From Eledone cirrhosa (taxonomy: Eukaryota): a stretch of DNA of 64,000 bases. The stretch is from contig CAXHJY010000096.1 in the NCBI GenBank assembly GCA_964016885.1, positions 1,860,001 through 1,924,000 of the forward strand. The letters run 5' to 3'. Below the pieces are notes generated by a model. That model was not told the DNA's origin and made no database searches. It saw only the letters and a program-made list of their open reading frames with translations. Position numbers and translations under genes: made by a program. Shown here in pieces: positions 10,701 through 25,400 of the stretch. How positions within the stretch are numbered: position 1 is the first letter of the stretch; each line of letters opens with the position of its first letter.

Positions 10701-13700
10701 AGATAATTTGTAAAAAATATCAGGGAGATAATTTGTAAAAAAAAATCAGGGGGAGATAATTTGTAAAAAAAATCAGGGGGAGATAATTTGTAAAAAAAAA
10801 TCAGGGGGAGATAATTTGTAAAAAAAATCAAGGGGAGATAATTTCCAGCCGTCCAAGGGGAGATAATTTTCAGCCGTCCAAGGAGAGGTAATTTCTAACC
10901 GTCCGAGGAGAGATAATTTCCAGCCGTCCAAGGGGAGATAATTTCCAGCCGTCCAAGGGGAGATAATTTCCAGCCGTCCAAGGAGACATATTTTCCAGCC
11001 GTCCAAGGAGAGGTAATTTCTAGCCGTCCAAGGGGAGATAAATTCCAGCCTCCAAGGGGAGATAATTTCCAGCCAGCCAAGGGGAGATAATTTGTAAAAA
11101 AATCAGGGGGAGATAATTTGCAAAAAAAATCAGGGGGAGATAATTTGTAAAAAAAATCAGGGGGAGATAATTTGTAAAAAATAATCAGGGGGAGATAATT
11201 TCCAGCCGTCCAAGGGAAGATAATTTCCAGCCCTCCAAGGGGCTATAATTTCCAGTGTCCAAGGGGAGATAATTTCCAGCCAGCGAAGGGGAGATAATTT
11301 TTTTTTAAAAATCATTGGGAGATTTGTAAAAAAAATCAGGGGGAGATAATTTGTAAAAAAAATCAAGGGGAGATAATTTCCAGCCGTCCAAGGGGAGGTA
11401 ATATCTAGCCGTCCAAGGGTAGATAATTTCCAGCCGTCCAACGGGAGATAATTTCCAGCCGTCCAAGGGTAGATAATATCCAGCCGCCCAAGGACATATT
11501 TTCCAGCCGTCCAAGGAGAGGTAATTTCTAGCCGTCCAAGGGGAGATAATTTCCAGCCGTCCAAGGGTAGATAATATCCAGCCGTCCAAGGACATATTTT
11601 CCAGCCGTCCAAGGAGAGGTAATTTCTAGCCGTCCAAGGGGAGATAAATTCCAGCCTCCAAGGGGAGATAATTTCCAGCCAGCCAAGGGGAGATAATTTG
11701 TAAAAAAATCAGGGGGAGATAATTTGTAAAAAAAATCAGGGGGAGATAATTTGTAAAAAAAAATCAGGGGGAGATAATTTGTAAAAAAAAATCAGGGTGA
11801 GATAATTTGCAAAAAAAATCAGGGGGAGATAATTTGTAAAAAAAAATCAGGGGTAGATAATTTGTAAAAAAAAATCAGGGGGAGATAATTTGTAAAAAAA
11901 AATCAGGGGGAGATAATTTGTAAAAAAAATCAAGGGGAGATAATTTCCAGCCGTCCAAGGAGAGAAAATTTAAAAAAAAATCAGGCGGAGATAATTTGTA
12001 AAAAAAAATCAGGGGGAGATAATTTGTAAAAAAAATCAGGGGGAGATAATTTGTAAAAAAAAATCAGGGGTAGATAATTTGTAAAAAAAAATCAGGGGGA
12101 GATAATTTGTAAAAAAAAATCAGGAGGAGATAATTTGTAAAAAAAATCAAGGGGAGATAATTTCCAGCCGTCCAAGGAGAGATAATTTAAAAAAAAATCA
12201 GGCGGAGATAATTTGTAAAAAAAAATCAGGGGGAGATAATTTGTAAAAAAAAATCAGGGGGAGATAATTTGTAAAAAAAATCAAGGGGAGATAATTTCCA
12301 GCCGTCCAAGGGGAGATAATTTTCAGCCGTCCAAGGGGAGATAATTTCCCGCCAGCCAAGGGAAGATAATATTCAAAAAAATCAGGCGGAGATAATTTGT
12401 AAAAAAAATCAGGGGGAGATAATTTGTAAAAAAATCAGGGGGAGATAATTTGTAAAAAAAAAATCAGGGGGAGATAATTTGTAAAAAAAATCAGGGGGAG
12501 ATAATTTGTAAAAAAAATCAGGGGTAGATAATTTGTAAAAAAAAATCAGGGGGAGATAATTTGTAAAAAAAAATCAGGGGGAGATAATTTGTAAAAAAAA
12601 TGAAAGGGGAGATAATATCCAGCCGTCCAAGGGGAGATAATTTCCAGCCGTCCAAGGGGAGATAATTTCCAGCCGTCCAAGGGGAGATAATTTCCATCCT
12701 TCCAAGGGGATATAATTTCCAGCCGTCCAAGGGGAGATAATTTCCATCCTTCCAAGGGGATATAATTTCCAGCCGTCCAAGGGGAGATAATTTTCAGCCG
12801 TCCAAGGAGAGGTAATTTCTAGCCGTCCAAGGAGAGATAATTTCCAGCCGTCCAAGGGGAGATAATTTCCAGCCGTCCAAGGGGAGATAATTTCCAGCCG
12901 TCCAAGGAGACATATTTTCCAGCCGTCCAAGGAGAGGTAATTCCTAGCCGTCCAAGGGGAGATAAATTCCAGCCTCCAAGGGGAGATAATTTCCAGCCAG
13001 CCAAGGGGAGATAATTTGTAAAAAAAATCAGGGGGAGATAATTTGTAAAAAAAATCAGGGGGAGATAATTTGTAAAAAAAAATCAGGGGTAGATAATTTG
13101 TAAAAAATAATCAGGGGGAGATAATTTGTAAAAAAAATCAAGGGGAGATAATTTCCAGCCGTCCAAGGGGAGATAATTTTCAGCCGTCCAAGGGGAGATA
13201 ATTTCCCGCCAGCCAAGGGAAGATAATATTTAAAAAAATTAGGCGGAGATAATTTGTAAAAAAAATCAGGGGGAGATAATTTGTAAAAAAATCAGGGGGA
13301 GATAATTTGTAAAAAAAATCAGGGGGAGATAATTTGTAAAAAAAATCAGGGGGAGATAATTTGTAAAAAAAAATCAGGGGGAGATAATTTGTAAAAAAAA
13401 TCAAGGGGAGATAATTTCCAGCCGTCCAAGGGAAGATAATTTCCAGCCCTCCAAGGGGCTATAATTTCCAGCGTCCAAGGGGAGATAATTTCCAGCCAGC
13501 GAAGGGGAGATAATTTTTTTTAAAAAATCATTGGGAGATTTGTAAAAAAAATCAGGGGGAGATAATTTGTAAAAAAAATCAAGGGGAGATAATTTCCAGC
13601 CGTCCAAGGGGAGGTAATATCTAGCCGTCCAAGGGGAGATAATTTCCAGCCGTCCAAGGGGAGATAATTTCCAGCCGTCCAAGGGTAGATAATATCCAGC

Positions 13701-14009
13701 CGTCCAAGGACATATTTTCCAGCCGTTCAAGGAGAGGTAATTTCTAGCCGTCCAAGGGGAGATAAATTCCAGCCTCCAAGGTGAGATAATTTCCAGCCAG
13801 CCAAGGGGAGATAATTTGTAAAAAAATCAGGGGGAGATAATTTGTAAAAAAAATCAGGGGGAGATAATTTGTAAAAAAAAATCAGGGGGAGATAATTTGT
13901 AAAAAAAAATCAGGGGGAGATAATTTGTAAAAAAAAATCAGGGGGAGATAATTTGTAAAAAAATCAAGGGGAGATAATTTCCAGCCGTCCAAGGGGAGAT
14001 AATTTTCAG

Positions 14010-17000
14010 CCGTCCAAGGGGAGATAATTTCCCGCCAGCCAAGGGAAGATAATATTTGAAAAAATCAGGCGGAGATAATTTGTAAAAAAAATCAGGGGGA
14101 GATAATTTGTAAAAAAATCAGGGGGAGATAATTTGTAAAAAAAAAATCAGGGGGAGATAATTTGTAAAAAGAATCAGGGGGAGATAATTTGTAAAAAAAA
14201 TCAGGGGTAGATAAATTGTAAAAAAAAATCAGGGGGAGATAATTTGTAAAAAAAATCAGGGGGAGATAATTTGTAAAAAAAATGAAAGGGGAGATAATAT
14301 CCAGCTGTCCAAGGGGAGATAATTTCCAGCCGTCCAAGGGGAGATAATTTCCAGCCGTCCAAGGGGAGATAATTTCCATCCTTCCAAGGGGATATAATTT
14401 CCAGCCGTCCAAGGGGAGATAATTTCCCGCCAGCCAAGGGAAGATAATTTTTAAAAAAATCAGGCGGAGATTGTAAAAAAAATCAGGGGGGAGATAATTT
14501 GTAAAAAAATCAGGGGGAGATAATTTGTAAAAAAAAATCAGGGGGAGATAATTTGTAAAAAATAATCAGGGGGAGATAATTTGTAAAAAAAAATCAAGGG
14601 GAGATAATTTCCAGCCGTCCAAGGGGAGATAATTTCCCGCCAGCCAAGGGAAGATAATATTTAAAAAAATTAGGCGGAGATAATTTGTAAAAAAAATCAG
14701 GGGGAGATAATTTGTAAAAAAATCAGGGGGAGATAATTTGTAAAAAAAATCAGGGGGAGATAATTTGTAAAAAAATTCATGGGGAGATAATTTGTAAAAA
14801 AAAATCAGGGGTAGATAATTTGTAAAAAAAAATCAGGGGGAGATAATTTGTAAAAAAAAATCAGGGGGAGATAATTTGTAAAAAAAATCAAGGGGAGATA
14901 ATTTCCAGCCGTCCAAGGGGAGATAATTTTCAGCCGTCCAAGGAGAGGTAATTTCTAGCCGTCCAAGGGGAGATAATTTCCAGCCGTCCAAGGGGAGGTA
15001 ATTTCCAGCCGTCCAAGGGGAGATAATTTTAAAAAAAAAATCAGGCGGAGATAATTTGTAAAAAAAATCAAGGGGAGATAATTTGCAGCCGTCCAAGGGG
15101 AGATAATTTTCAGTCGTCCAAGGAGAGGTAATTTCTAGCCGTCCAAGGGGAGATAATTGCCAGCCGTCCAAGGGGAGATAATTTCCAGCCGTCCAAGGGG
15201 AGATAATTTTTTTTAAAAAATCAGGCGGAGATAATTTGTAAAAAAAATCAGGGGGAGATAATTTGTAAACAAAATCAGGGGGAGATAATTTGTAAAAAAA
15301 AATCAGGGGGAGATAATTTGTAAAAAAAATCATGGAGAGATAATTTCCAGCCGTCCAAGGTGAGATAATTTCCAGCCGTCCAAGGAGACATATTTTCCAG
15401 CCGCCCAAGGCGAGGTAATTTCTAGCCGTCCAAGGGGAGATAAATTCCAGCCTCCAAGGGGAGATAATTTCCAGCCAGCCAAGTGGAGATAATTTGTAAA
15501 AAAATCAGGGGGAGATAATTTGTAAAAAATATCAGGGAGATAATTTGTAAAAAAAAATCAGGGGGAGATAATTTGTAAAAAAAATCAGGGGGAGATAATT
15601 TGTAAAAAAAAATCAGGGGGAGATAATTTGTAAAAAAAATCAAGGGGAGATAATTTCCAGCCGTCCAAGGGGAGATAATTTTCAGCCGTCCAAGGGGAGA
15701 TAATTTCCCGCCAGCCAAGGGAAGATAATATTTAAAAAAATCAGGCGGAGATAATTTGTAAAAAAAATCAGGGGGAGATAATTTGTAAAAAAATCAGGGG
15801 GAGATAATTTGTAAAAAAAAAATCAGGGGGAGATAATTTGTAAAAAAAATCAGGGGGAGATAATTTGTAAAAAAAATCAAGGGGAGATAATTTCCAGCCG
15901 TCCAAGGGGAGATAATTTTCAGCCGTCCAAGGGGAGATAATTTGTAAAAAAAATCAAGGGGAGATAATTTCCAGCCGTCCAAGGGGAGATAATTTCCCGC
16001 CAGCCAAGGGAAGATAATATTTAAAAAAATCAGGCGGAGATAATTTGTAAAAAAAATCAGGGGGAGATAATTTGTAAAAAAATCAGGGGGAGATAATTTG
16101 TAAAAAAAAAATCAGGGGGAGATAATTTGTAAAAAAAATCAGGGGGAGATAATTTGTAAAAAAAAATCAGGGGTAGATAAATTGTAAAAAAAAATCAGGG
16201 GGAGATAATTTGTAAAAAAAATCAGGGGGAGATAATTTGTAAAAAAAATGAAAGGGGAGATAATATCCAGCCGTCCAAGGGGAGATAATTTCCAGCCGTC
16301 CAAGGGGAGATAATTTCCAGCCGTCCAAGGGGAGATAATTTCCATCCTTCCAAGGGGATATAATTTCCAGCCGTCCAAGGGGAGATAATTTCCCGCCAGC
16401 CAAGGGAAGATAATTTTTAAAAAAATCAGGCGGAGATTGTAAAAAAAATCAGGGGGGAGATAATTTGTAAAAAAATCAGGGGGAGATAATTTGTAAAAAA
16501 AAATCAGGGGGAGATAATTTGTAAAAAATAATCAGGGGGAGATAATTTGTAAAAAAAAATCAAGGGGAGATAATTTCCAGCCGTCCAAGGGGAGATAATT
16601 TCCCGCCAGCCAAGGGAAGATAATATTTAAAAAAATTAGGCGGAGATAATTTGTAAAAAAAATCAGGGGGAGATAATTTGTAAAAAAATCAGGGGGAGAT
16701 AATTTGTAAAAAAAATCAGGGGGAGATAATTTGTAAAAAAAATCATGGGGAGATAATTTGTAAAAAAAAATCAGGGGTAGATAATTTGTAAAAAAAAATC
16801 AGGGGGAGATAATTTGTAAAAAAAAATCAGGGGGAGATAATTTGTAAAAAAATCAAGGGGAGATAATTTCCAGCCGTCCAAGGGGAGATAATTTTCAGCT
16901 GTCCAAGGAGAGGTAATTTCTAGCCGTCCAAGGGGAGATAATTTCCAGCCGTCCAAGGGGAGGTAATTTCCAGCCGTCCAAGGGGAGATAATTTTTAAAA

Positions 17001-17840
17001 AAAAATCAGGCGGAGATAATTTGTAAAAAAAATCAAGGGGAGATAATTTGCAGCCGTCCAAGGGGAGATAATTTTCAGTCGTCCAAGGAGAGGTAATTTC
17101 TAGCCGTCCAAGGGGAGATAATTGCCAGCCGTCCAAGGGGAGATAATTTCCAGCCGTCCAAGGGGAGATAATTTTTTTTAAAAAATCAGGCGGAGATAAT
17201 TTGTAAAAAAAATCAGGGGGAGATAATTTGTAAACAAAATCAGGGGGAGATAATTTGTAAAAAAAAATCAGGGGGAGATAATTTGTAAAAAAAATCATGG
17301 AGAGATAATTTCCAGCCGTCCAAGGTGAGATAATTTCCAGCCGTCCAAGGAGACATATTTTCCAGCCGTCCAAGGCGAGGTAATTTCTAGCCGTCCAAGG
17401 GGAGATAAATTCCAGCCTCCAAGGGGAGATAATTTCCAGCCAGCCAAGTGGAGATAATTTGTAAAAAAATCAGGGGGAGATAATTTGTAAAAAATATCAG
17501 GGAGATAATTTGTAAAAAAAAATCAGGGGGAGATAATTTGTAAAAAAAATCAGGGGGAGATAATTTGTAAAAAAAAATCAGGGGGAGATAATTTGTAAAA
17601 AAAATCAAGGGGAGATAATTTCCAGCCGTCCAAGGGGAGATAATTTTCAGCCGTCCAAGGGGAGATAATTTCCCGCCAGCCATGGGAAGATAATATTTAA
17701 AAAAATCAGGCGGAGATAATTTGTAAAAAAAATCAGGGGGAGATAATTTGTAAAAAAATCAGGGGGAGATAATTTGTAAAAAAAAAATCAGGGGGAGATA
17801 ATTTGTAAAAAAAATCAGGGGGAGATAATTTGTAAAAAAA
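14010..17840 (+). repeat. Imperfect tandem duplication, period ~1965 bp (2 copies)
   Basis: ORF pairs 14201/16167 and 15422/17387. Shared variants AATTGCCAG, CATGGAGAG, CAAGGTGAG and CAAGTGG occur in the same order; CCCGCCAGCC is at 14031 and 15996. Confidence 0.85.
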
Positions 17841-20800
17841 AATCAGGGGTAGATAATTTGTAAAAAAAAATCAGGGGGAGATAATTTGTAAAAAAAAATC
17901 AGGGGGAGATAATTTGTAAAAAAATGAAAGGGGAGATAATATCCAGCCGTCCAAGGGGAGATAATTTCCAGCCGTCCAAGGGGATATAATTTCCAGCCGT
18001 CCAAGGGGAGATAATTTCCATCCTTCCAAGGGGATATAATTTCCAGCCGTCCAAGGGGAGATAATTTCCCGCCAGCCAAGGGAAGATAATTTTTAAAAAA
18101 ATCAGGCGGAGATTGTAAAAAAAATCAGGGGGGAGATAATTTGTAAAAAAATCAGGAGGAGATAATTTGTAAAAAATAATCAGGGGGAGATAATTTGTAA
18201 AAAAATTCAAGGGGAGATAATTTCCAGCCGTCCAAGGGGAGATAATTTCCCGCCAGCCAAGGGAAGATAATATTTAAAAAAATTAGGCGGAGATAATTTG
18301 TAAAAAAAATCAGGGGGAGATAATTTGTAAAAAAATCAGGGGGAGATAATTTGTAAAAAAAATCAGGGGGAGATAATTTGTAAAAAAAATCATGGGGAGA
18401 TAATTTGTAAAAAAAAATCAGGGGTAGATAATTTGTAAAAAAAAATCAGGGGGAGATAATTTGTAAAAAAAAATCAGGGGGAGATAATTTGTAAAAAAAA
18501 TCAAGGGGAGATAATTTCCAGCCGTCCAAGGGGAGATAATTTTCAGCTGTCCAAGGAGAGGTAATTTCTAGCCGTCCAAGGGGAGATAATTTCCAGCCGT
18601 CCAAGGGGAGGTAATTTCCAGCCGTCCAAGGGGAGATAATTTAAAAAAAAAAATCAGGCGGAGATAATTTGTAAAAAAAATCAAGGGGAGATAATTTGCA
18701 GCCGTCCAAGGGGAGATAATTTTCAGTCGTCCAAGGAGAGGTAATTTCTAGCCGTCCAAGAGGAGATAATTGCCAGCCGTCCAAGGGGAGATAATTTCCA
18801 GCCGTCCAAGGGGAGATAATTTTTTTTAAAAAATCAGGCGGAGATAATTTGTAAAGAAAATCAGGGGGAGATAATTTGTAAAAAAAATCAGGGGGAGATA
18901 ATTTGTAAAAAAAAATCAGGGGTAGATAATTTGTAAAAAAAAATCAGGGGGAGATAATTTGTAAAAAAAATCAAGGGGAGATAATTTCCAGCCGTCCAAG
19001 GGAAGATAATTTCCAGCCCTCCAAGGGGCTATAATTTCCAGCGTCCAAGGGGAGATAATTTCCAGCCAGCGAAGGGGAGATAATTTTAAAAAAAAAATCA
19101 TTGGGAGATTTGTAAAAAAAATCAGGGGGAGATAATTTGTAAAAAAAATCAAGGGGAGATAATTTCCAGCCGTCCAAGGGGAGGTAATATCTAGCCGTCC
19201 AAGGGTAGATAATTTCCAGCCGTCCAACGGGAGATAATTTCCAGCCGTCCAAGGGTAGATAATATCCAGCCGCCCAAGGACATATTTTCCAGCCGTCCAA
19301 GGAGAGGTAATTTCTAGCCGTCCAAGGGGAGATAATTTCCAGCCGTCCAAGGGTAGATAATATCCAGCCGTCCAAGGACATATTTTCCAGCCGTCCAAGG
19401 AGAGGTAATTTCTAGCCGTCCAAGGGGAGATAAATTCCAGCCTCCAAGGGGAGATAATTTCCAGCCAGCCAAGGGGAGATAATTTGTAAAAAAATCAGGG
19501 GGAGATAATTTGTAAAAAAAATCAGGGGGAGATAATTTGTAAAAAAAAATCAGGGGGAGATAATTTGTAAAAAAAAATCAGGGGGAGATAATTTGCAAAA
19601 AAAATCAGGGGGAGATAATTTGTAAAAAAAAATCAGGGGTAGATAATTTGTAAAAAAAAATCAGGGGGAGATAATTTGTAAAAAAAATCAGGGGGAGATA
19701 ATTTGTAAAAAAAATCAAGGGGAGATAATTTCCAGCCGTCCAAGGAGAGATAATTTAAAAAAAAATCAGGCGGAGATAATTTGTAAAAAAAAATCAGGGG
19801 GAGATAATTTGTAAAAAAAAATCAGGGGGAGATAATTTGTAAAAAAAAATCAGGGGGAGATAATTTGTAAAAAAAATCAGGAGGAGATAATTTGTAAAAA
19901 AAATCAAGGGGAGATAATTTCCAGCCGTCCAAGGAGAGATAATTTTAAAAAAAATCAGGCGGAGATAATTTGTAAAAAAAAATCAGGGGGAGATAATTTG
20001 TAAAAAAAAATCAGGGGGAGATAATTTGTAAAAAAAATCAAGGGGAGATAATTTCCAGCCGTCCAAGGGGAGATAATTTTCAGCCGTCCAAGGGGAGATA
20101 ATTTCCCGCCAGCCAAGGGAAGATAATATTCAAAAAAATCAGGCGGAGATAATTTGTAAAAAAAATCAGGGGGAGATAATTTGTAAAAAAATCAGGGGGA
20201 GATAATTTGTAAAAAAAAAAATCAGGGGGAGATAATTTTTAAAAAAAATCAGGGGGAGATAATTTGTAAAAAAAAATCAGGGGTAGATAATTTGTAAAAA
20301 AAAATCAGGGGGAGATAATTTGTAAAAAAAAATCAGGGGGAGATAACTTGTAAAAAAAATGAAAGGGGAGATAATATCCAGCCGTCCAAGGGGAGATAAT
20401 TTCCAGCCGTCCAAGGGGAGATAATTTCCAGCCGTCCAAGGGGAGATAATTTCCATCCTTCCAAGGGGATATAATTTCCAGCCGTCCAAGGGGAGATAAT
20501 TTCCATCCTTCCAAGGGGATATAATTTCCAGCCGTCCAAGGGGAGATAATTTTCAGCCGTCCAAGGAGAGGTAATTTCTAGCCGTCCAAGGAGAGATAAT
20601 TTCCAGCCGTCCAAGGGGAGATAATTTCCAGCCGTCCAAGGGGAGATAATTTCCAGCCGTCCAAGGAGACATATTTTCCAGCCGTCCAAGGAGAGGTAAT
20701 TCCTAGCCGTCCAAGGGGAGATAAATTCCAGCCTCCAAGGGGAGATAATTTCCAGCCAGCCAAGGGGAGATAATTTGTAAAAAAAATCAGGGGGAGATAA

Positions 20801-22489
20801 TTTGTAAAAAAAATCAGGGGGAGATAATTTGTAAAAAAAAATCAGGGGGAGATAATTTGTAAAAAATAATCAGGGGGAGATAATTTGTAAAAAAAATCAA
20901 GGGGAGATAATTTCCAGCCGTCCAAGGGGAGATAATTTTCAGCCGTCCAAGGGGAGATAATTTCCCGCCAGCCAAGGGAAGATAATATTTAAAAAAATTA
21001 GGCGGAGATAATTTGTAAAAAAAATCAGGGGGAGATAATTTGTAAAAAAATCAGGGGGAGATAATTTGTAAAAAAAATCAGGGGGAGATAATTTGTAAAA
21101 AAAATCAGGGGGAGATAATTTGTAAAAAAAAATCAGGGGGAGATAATTTGTAAAAAAAATCAAGGGGAGATAATTTCCAGCCGTCCAAGGGAAGATAATT
21201 TCCAGCCCTCCAAGGGGCTATAATTTCCAGCGTCCAAGGGGAGATAATTTCCAGCCAGCGAAGGGGAGATAATTTTTTTTAAAAAATCATTGGGAGATTT
21301 GTAAAAAAAATCAGGGGGAGATAATTTGTAAAAAAAATCAAGGGGAGATAATTTCCAGCCGTCCAAGGGGAGGTAATATCTAGCCGTCCAAGGGGAGATA
21401 ATTTCCAGCCGTCCAAGGGGAGATAATTTCCAGCCGTCCAAGGGTAGATAATATCCAGCCGTCCAAGGACATATTTTCCAGCCGTCCAAGGAGAGGTAAT
21501 TTCTAGCCGTCCAAGGGGAGATAAATTCCAGCCTCCAAGGTGAGATAATTTCCAGCCAGCCAAGGGGAGATAATTTGTAAAAAAATCAGGGGGAGATAAT
21601 TTGTAAAAAAAATCAGGGGGAGATAATTTGTAAAAAAAAATCAGGGGGAGATAATTTGTAAAAAAAATCAGGGGGAGATAATTTGTAAAAAAAAATCAGG
21701 GGGAGATAATTTGTAAAAAAAATCAAGGGGAGATAATTTCCAGCCGTCCAAGGGGAGATAATTTCCCGCCAGCCAAGGGAAGATAATATTTAAAAAAATC
21801 AGGCGGAGATAATTTGTAAAAAAAAATCAGGGGTAGATAAATTGTAAAAAAAAATCAGGGGGAGATAATTTGTAAAAAAAATCAGGGGGAGATAATTTGT
21901 AAAAAAAATGAAAGGGGAGATAATATCCAGCCGTCCAAGGGGAGATAATTTCCAGCCGTCCAAGGGGAGATAATTTCCAGCCGTCCAAGGGGAGATAATT
22001 TCCATCCTTCCAAGGGGATATAATTTCCAGCCGTCCAAGGGGAGATAATTTCCCGCCTGCCAAGGGAAGATAATTTTAAAAAAAATCAGGCGGAGATTGT
22101 AAAAAAAATCAGGGGGGAGATAATTTGTAAAAAAATCAGGGGGAGATAATTTGTAAAAAAAAATCAGGGGGAGATAATTTGTAAAAAATAATCAGGGGGA
22201 GATAATTTGTAAAAAAAAATCAAGGGGAGATAATTTCCAGCCGTCCAAGGGGAGATAATTTCCCGCCAGCCAAGGGAAGATAATATTTAAAAAAATTAGG
22301 CGGAGATAATTTGTAAAAAAAATCAGGGGGAGATAATTTGTAAAAAAATCAGGGGGAGATAATTTGTAAAAAAAATCAGGGGGAGATAATTTGTAAAAAA
22401 AATCATGGGGAGATAATTTGTAAAAAAAAATCAGGGGTAGATAATTTGTAAAAAAAAATCAGGGGGAGATAATTTGTAAAAAAAAATCA

Positions 22490-25400
22490 GGGGGAGATAA
22501 TTTGTAAAAAAAATCAAGGGGAGATAATTTCCAGCCGTCCAAGGGGAGATAATTTTCAGCTGTCCAAGGAGAGGTAATTTCTAGCCGTCCAAGGGGAGAT
22601 AATTTCCAGCCGTCCAAGGGGAGGTAATTTCCAGCCGTCCAAGGGGAGATAATTTTAAAAAAAAAATCAGGCGGAGATAATTTGTAAAAAAAATCAAGGG
22701 GAGATAATTTGCAGCCGTCCAAGGGGAGATAATTTTCAGTCGTCCAAGGAGAGGTAATTTCTAGCCGTCCAAGGGGAGATAATTGCCAGCCGTCCAAGGG
22801 GAGATAATTTCCAGCCGTCCAAGGGGAGATAATTTTTTTTTAAAAATCAGGCGGAGATAATTTGTAAAAAAAATCAGGGGGAGATAATTTGTAAACAAAA
22901 TCAGGGGGAGATAATTTGTAAAAAAAAATCAGGGGGAGATAATTTGTAAAAAAAATCATGGAGAGATAATTTCCAGCCGTCCAAGGTGAGATAATTTCCA
23001 GCCGTCCAAGGAGACATATTTTCCAGCCGTCCAAGGCGAGGTAATTTCTAGCCGTCCAAGGGGAGATAAATTCCAGCCTCCAAGGGGAGATAATTTCCAG
23101 CCAGCCAAGTGGAGATAATTTGTAAAAAAATCAGGGGGAGATAATTTGTAAAAAATATCAGGGAGATAATTTGTAAAAAAAAATCAGGGGGAGATAATTT
23201 GTAAAAAAAATCAGGGGGAGATAATTTGTAAAAAAAAATCAGGGGGAGATAATTTGTAAAAAAAATCAAGGGGAGATAATTTCCAGCCGTCCAAGGGGAG
23301 ATAATTTTCAGCCGTCCAAGGGGAGATAATTTCCCGCCAGCCATGGGAAGATAATATTTAAAAAAATCAGGCGGAGATAATTTGTAAAAAAAATCAGGGG
23401 GAGATAATTTGTAAAAAAATCAGGGGGAGATAATTTGTAAAAAAAAAATCAGGGGGAGATAATTTGTAAAAAAAATCAGGGGGAGATAATTTGTAAAAAA
23501 AAATCAGGGGTAGATAATTTGTAAAAAAAAATCAGGGGGAGATAATTTGTAAAAAAAAATCAGGGGGAGATAATTTGTAAAAAAATGAAAGGGGAGATAA
23601 TATCCAGCCGTCCAAGGGGAGATAATTTCCAGCCGTCCAAGGGGATATAATTTCCAGCCGTCCAAGGGGAGATAATTTCCATCCTTCCAAGGGGATATAA
23701 TTTCCAGCCGTCCAAGGGGAGATAATTTCCCGCCAGCCAAGGGAAGATAATTTTTAAAAAAATCAGGCGGAGATTGTAAAAAAAATCAGGGGGGAGATAA
23801 TTTGTAAAAAAATCAGGAGGAGATAATTTGTAAAAAATAATCAGGGGGAGATAATTTGTAAAAAAATTCAAGGGGAGATAATTTCCAGCCGTCCAAGGGG
23901 AGATAATTTCCCGCCAGCCAAGGGAAGATAATATTTAAAAAAATTAGGCGGAGATAATTTGTAAAAAAAATCAGGGGGAGATAATTTGTAATAAAATCAG
24001 GGGGAGATAATTTGTAAAAAAAATCAGGGGGAGATAATTTGTAAAAAAAATCATGGGGAGATAATTTGTAAAAAAAAATCAGGGGTAGATAATTTGTAAA
24101 AAAAAATCAGGGGGAGATAATTTGTAAAAAAAAATCAGGGGGAGATAATTTGTAAAAAAAATCAAGGGGAGATAATATCCAGCCGTCCAAGGAGAGATAA
24201 TTTAAAAAAAAAATGAGGCGGAGATAATTTGTAAAAAAAAAATCAGGGGGAGTTAATTTGTAAAAAAAAATGAGGGGGAGATAATTTGTAAAAAAAATCA
24301 AGGGGAGATAATTTCCAGCCGTCCAAGGGGAGATAATTTTCAGCCGTCCAAGGAGAGGTAATTTCTAGCCGTCCAAGGGGAGATAATTTCCAGCCGTCCA
24401 AGGGGAGGTAATTTCCAGCCGTCCAAGGGGAGATAAATTAAAAAAAAAATCAGGCGGAGATAATTTGTAAAAAAAATCAAGGGGAGATAATTTGCAGCCG
24501 TCCAATGGGAGATAATTTTCAGTCGTCCAAGGAGAGGTAATTTCTAGCCGTCCAAGGGGAGATAATTTCCAGCCGTCCAAGGGGAGATAATTTCCAGCCG
24601 TCCAAGGGGAGATAATTTTTTTTTAAAAATCAGGCGGAGATAATTTGTAAAAAAAATCAGGGGGAGATAATTTGTAAACAAAATCAGGGGGAGATAATTT
24701 GTAAAAAAAAATCAGGGGGAGATAATTTGTAAAAAAAATTAGGCGTAGATAATTTGTAAAAAAAAATCAGGGGGAGATAATTTGTAAAAAAAAATCAGGG
24801 GGAGATAATTTGTTTAAAAAATCAAGGGGAGATAATTTGCAGCCGTCCAAGGGGAGATAATTTTCAGCCGTCCAAGGAGAGGTAATTTCTAGCCGTTCAA
24901 GGGGAGATAATTTCCAGCCGTCCAAGGGGAGATAATTTCCAGCCGTCCAAGGGGAGATAATTTTTTTTAAAAAATCAGGCGGAGATAATTTGTAAAAAAA
25001 AATCAGGGGGAGATAATTCGTAAAAAAAAATCAGGGGGAGATAATTTGTAAAAAAAAATCAGGGGGAGATAATTTGTAAAAAAAATCAAGGGGAGATAAT
25101 TTCCAGCCGTCCAAGGGGAGGTAATATCTAGCCGTCCAAGGGGAGATAATTTCCAGCCGTCCAAGGGGAGATAATTTCCAGCCGTCCAAGGGGAGATAAT
25201 TTCCAGCCGTCCAAGGAGACATATTTTCCAGCCGTCCAAGGCGAGGTAATTTCTAGCCGTCCAAGGGGAGATAAATTCCAGCCTCCAAGGGGAGATAATT
25301 TCCAGCCAGCCAAGGGGAGATAATTTGTAAAAAAATCAGGGGGAGATAATTTGTAAAAAATATCAGGGAGATAATTTGTAAAAAAAAATCAGGGGGAGAT

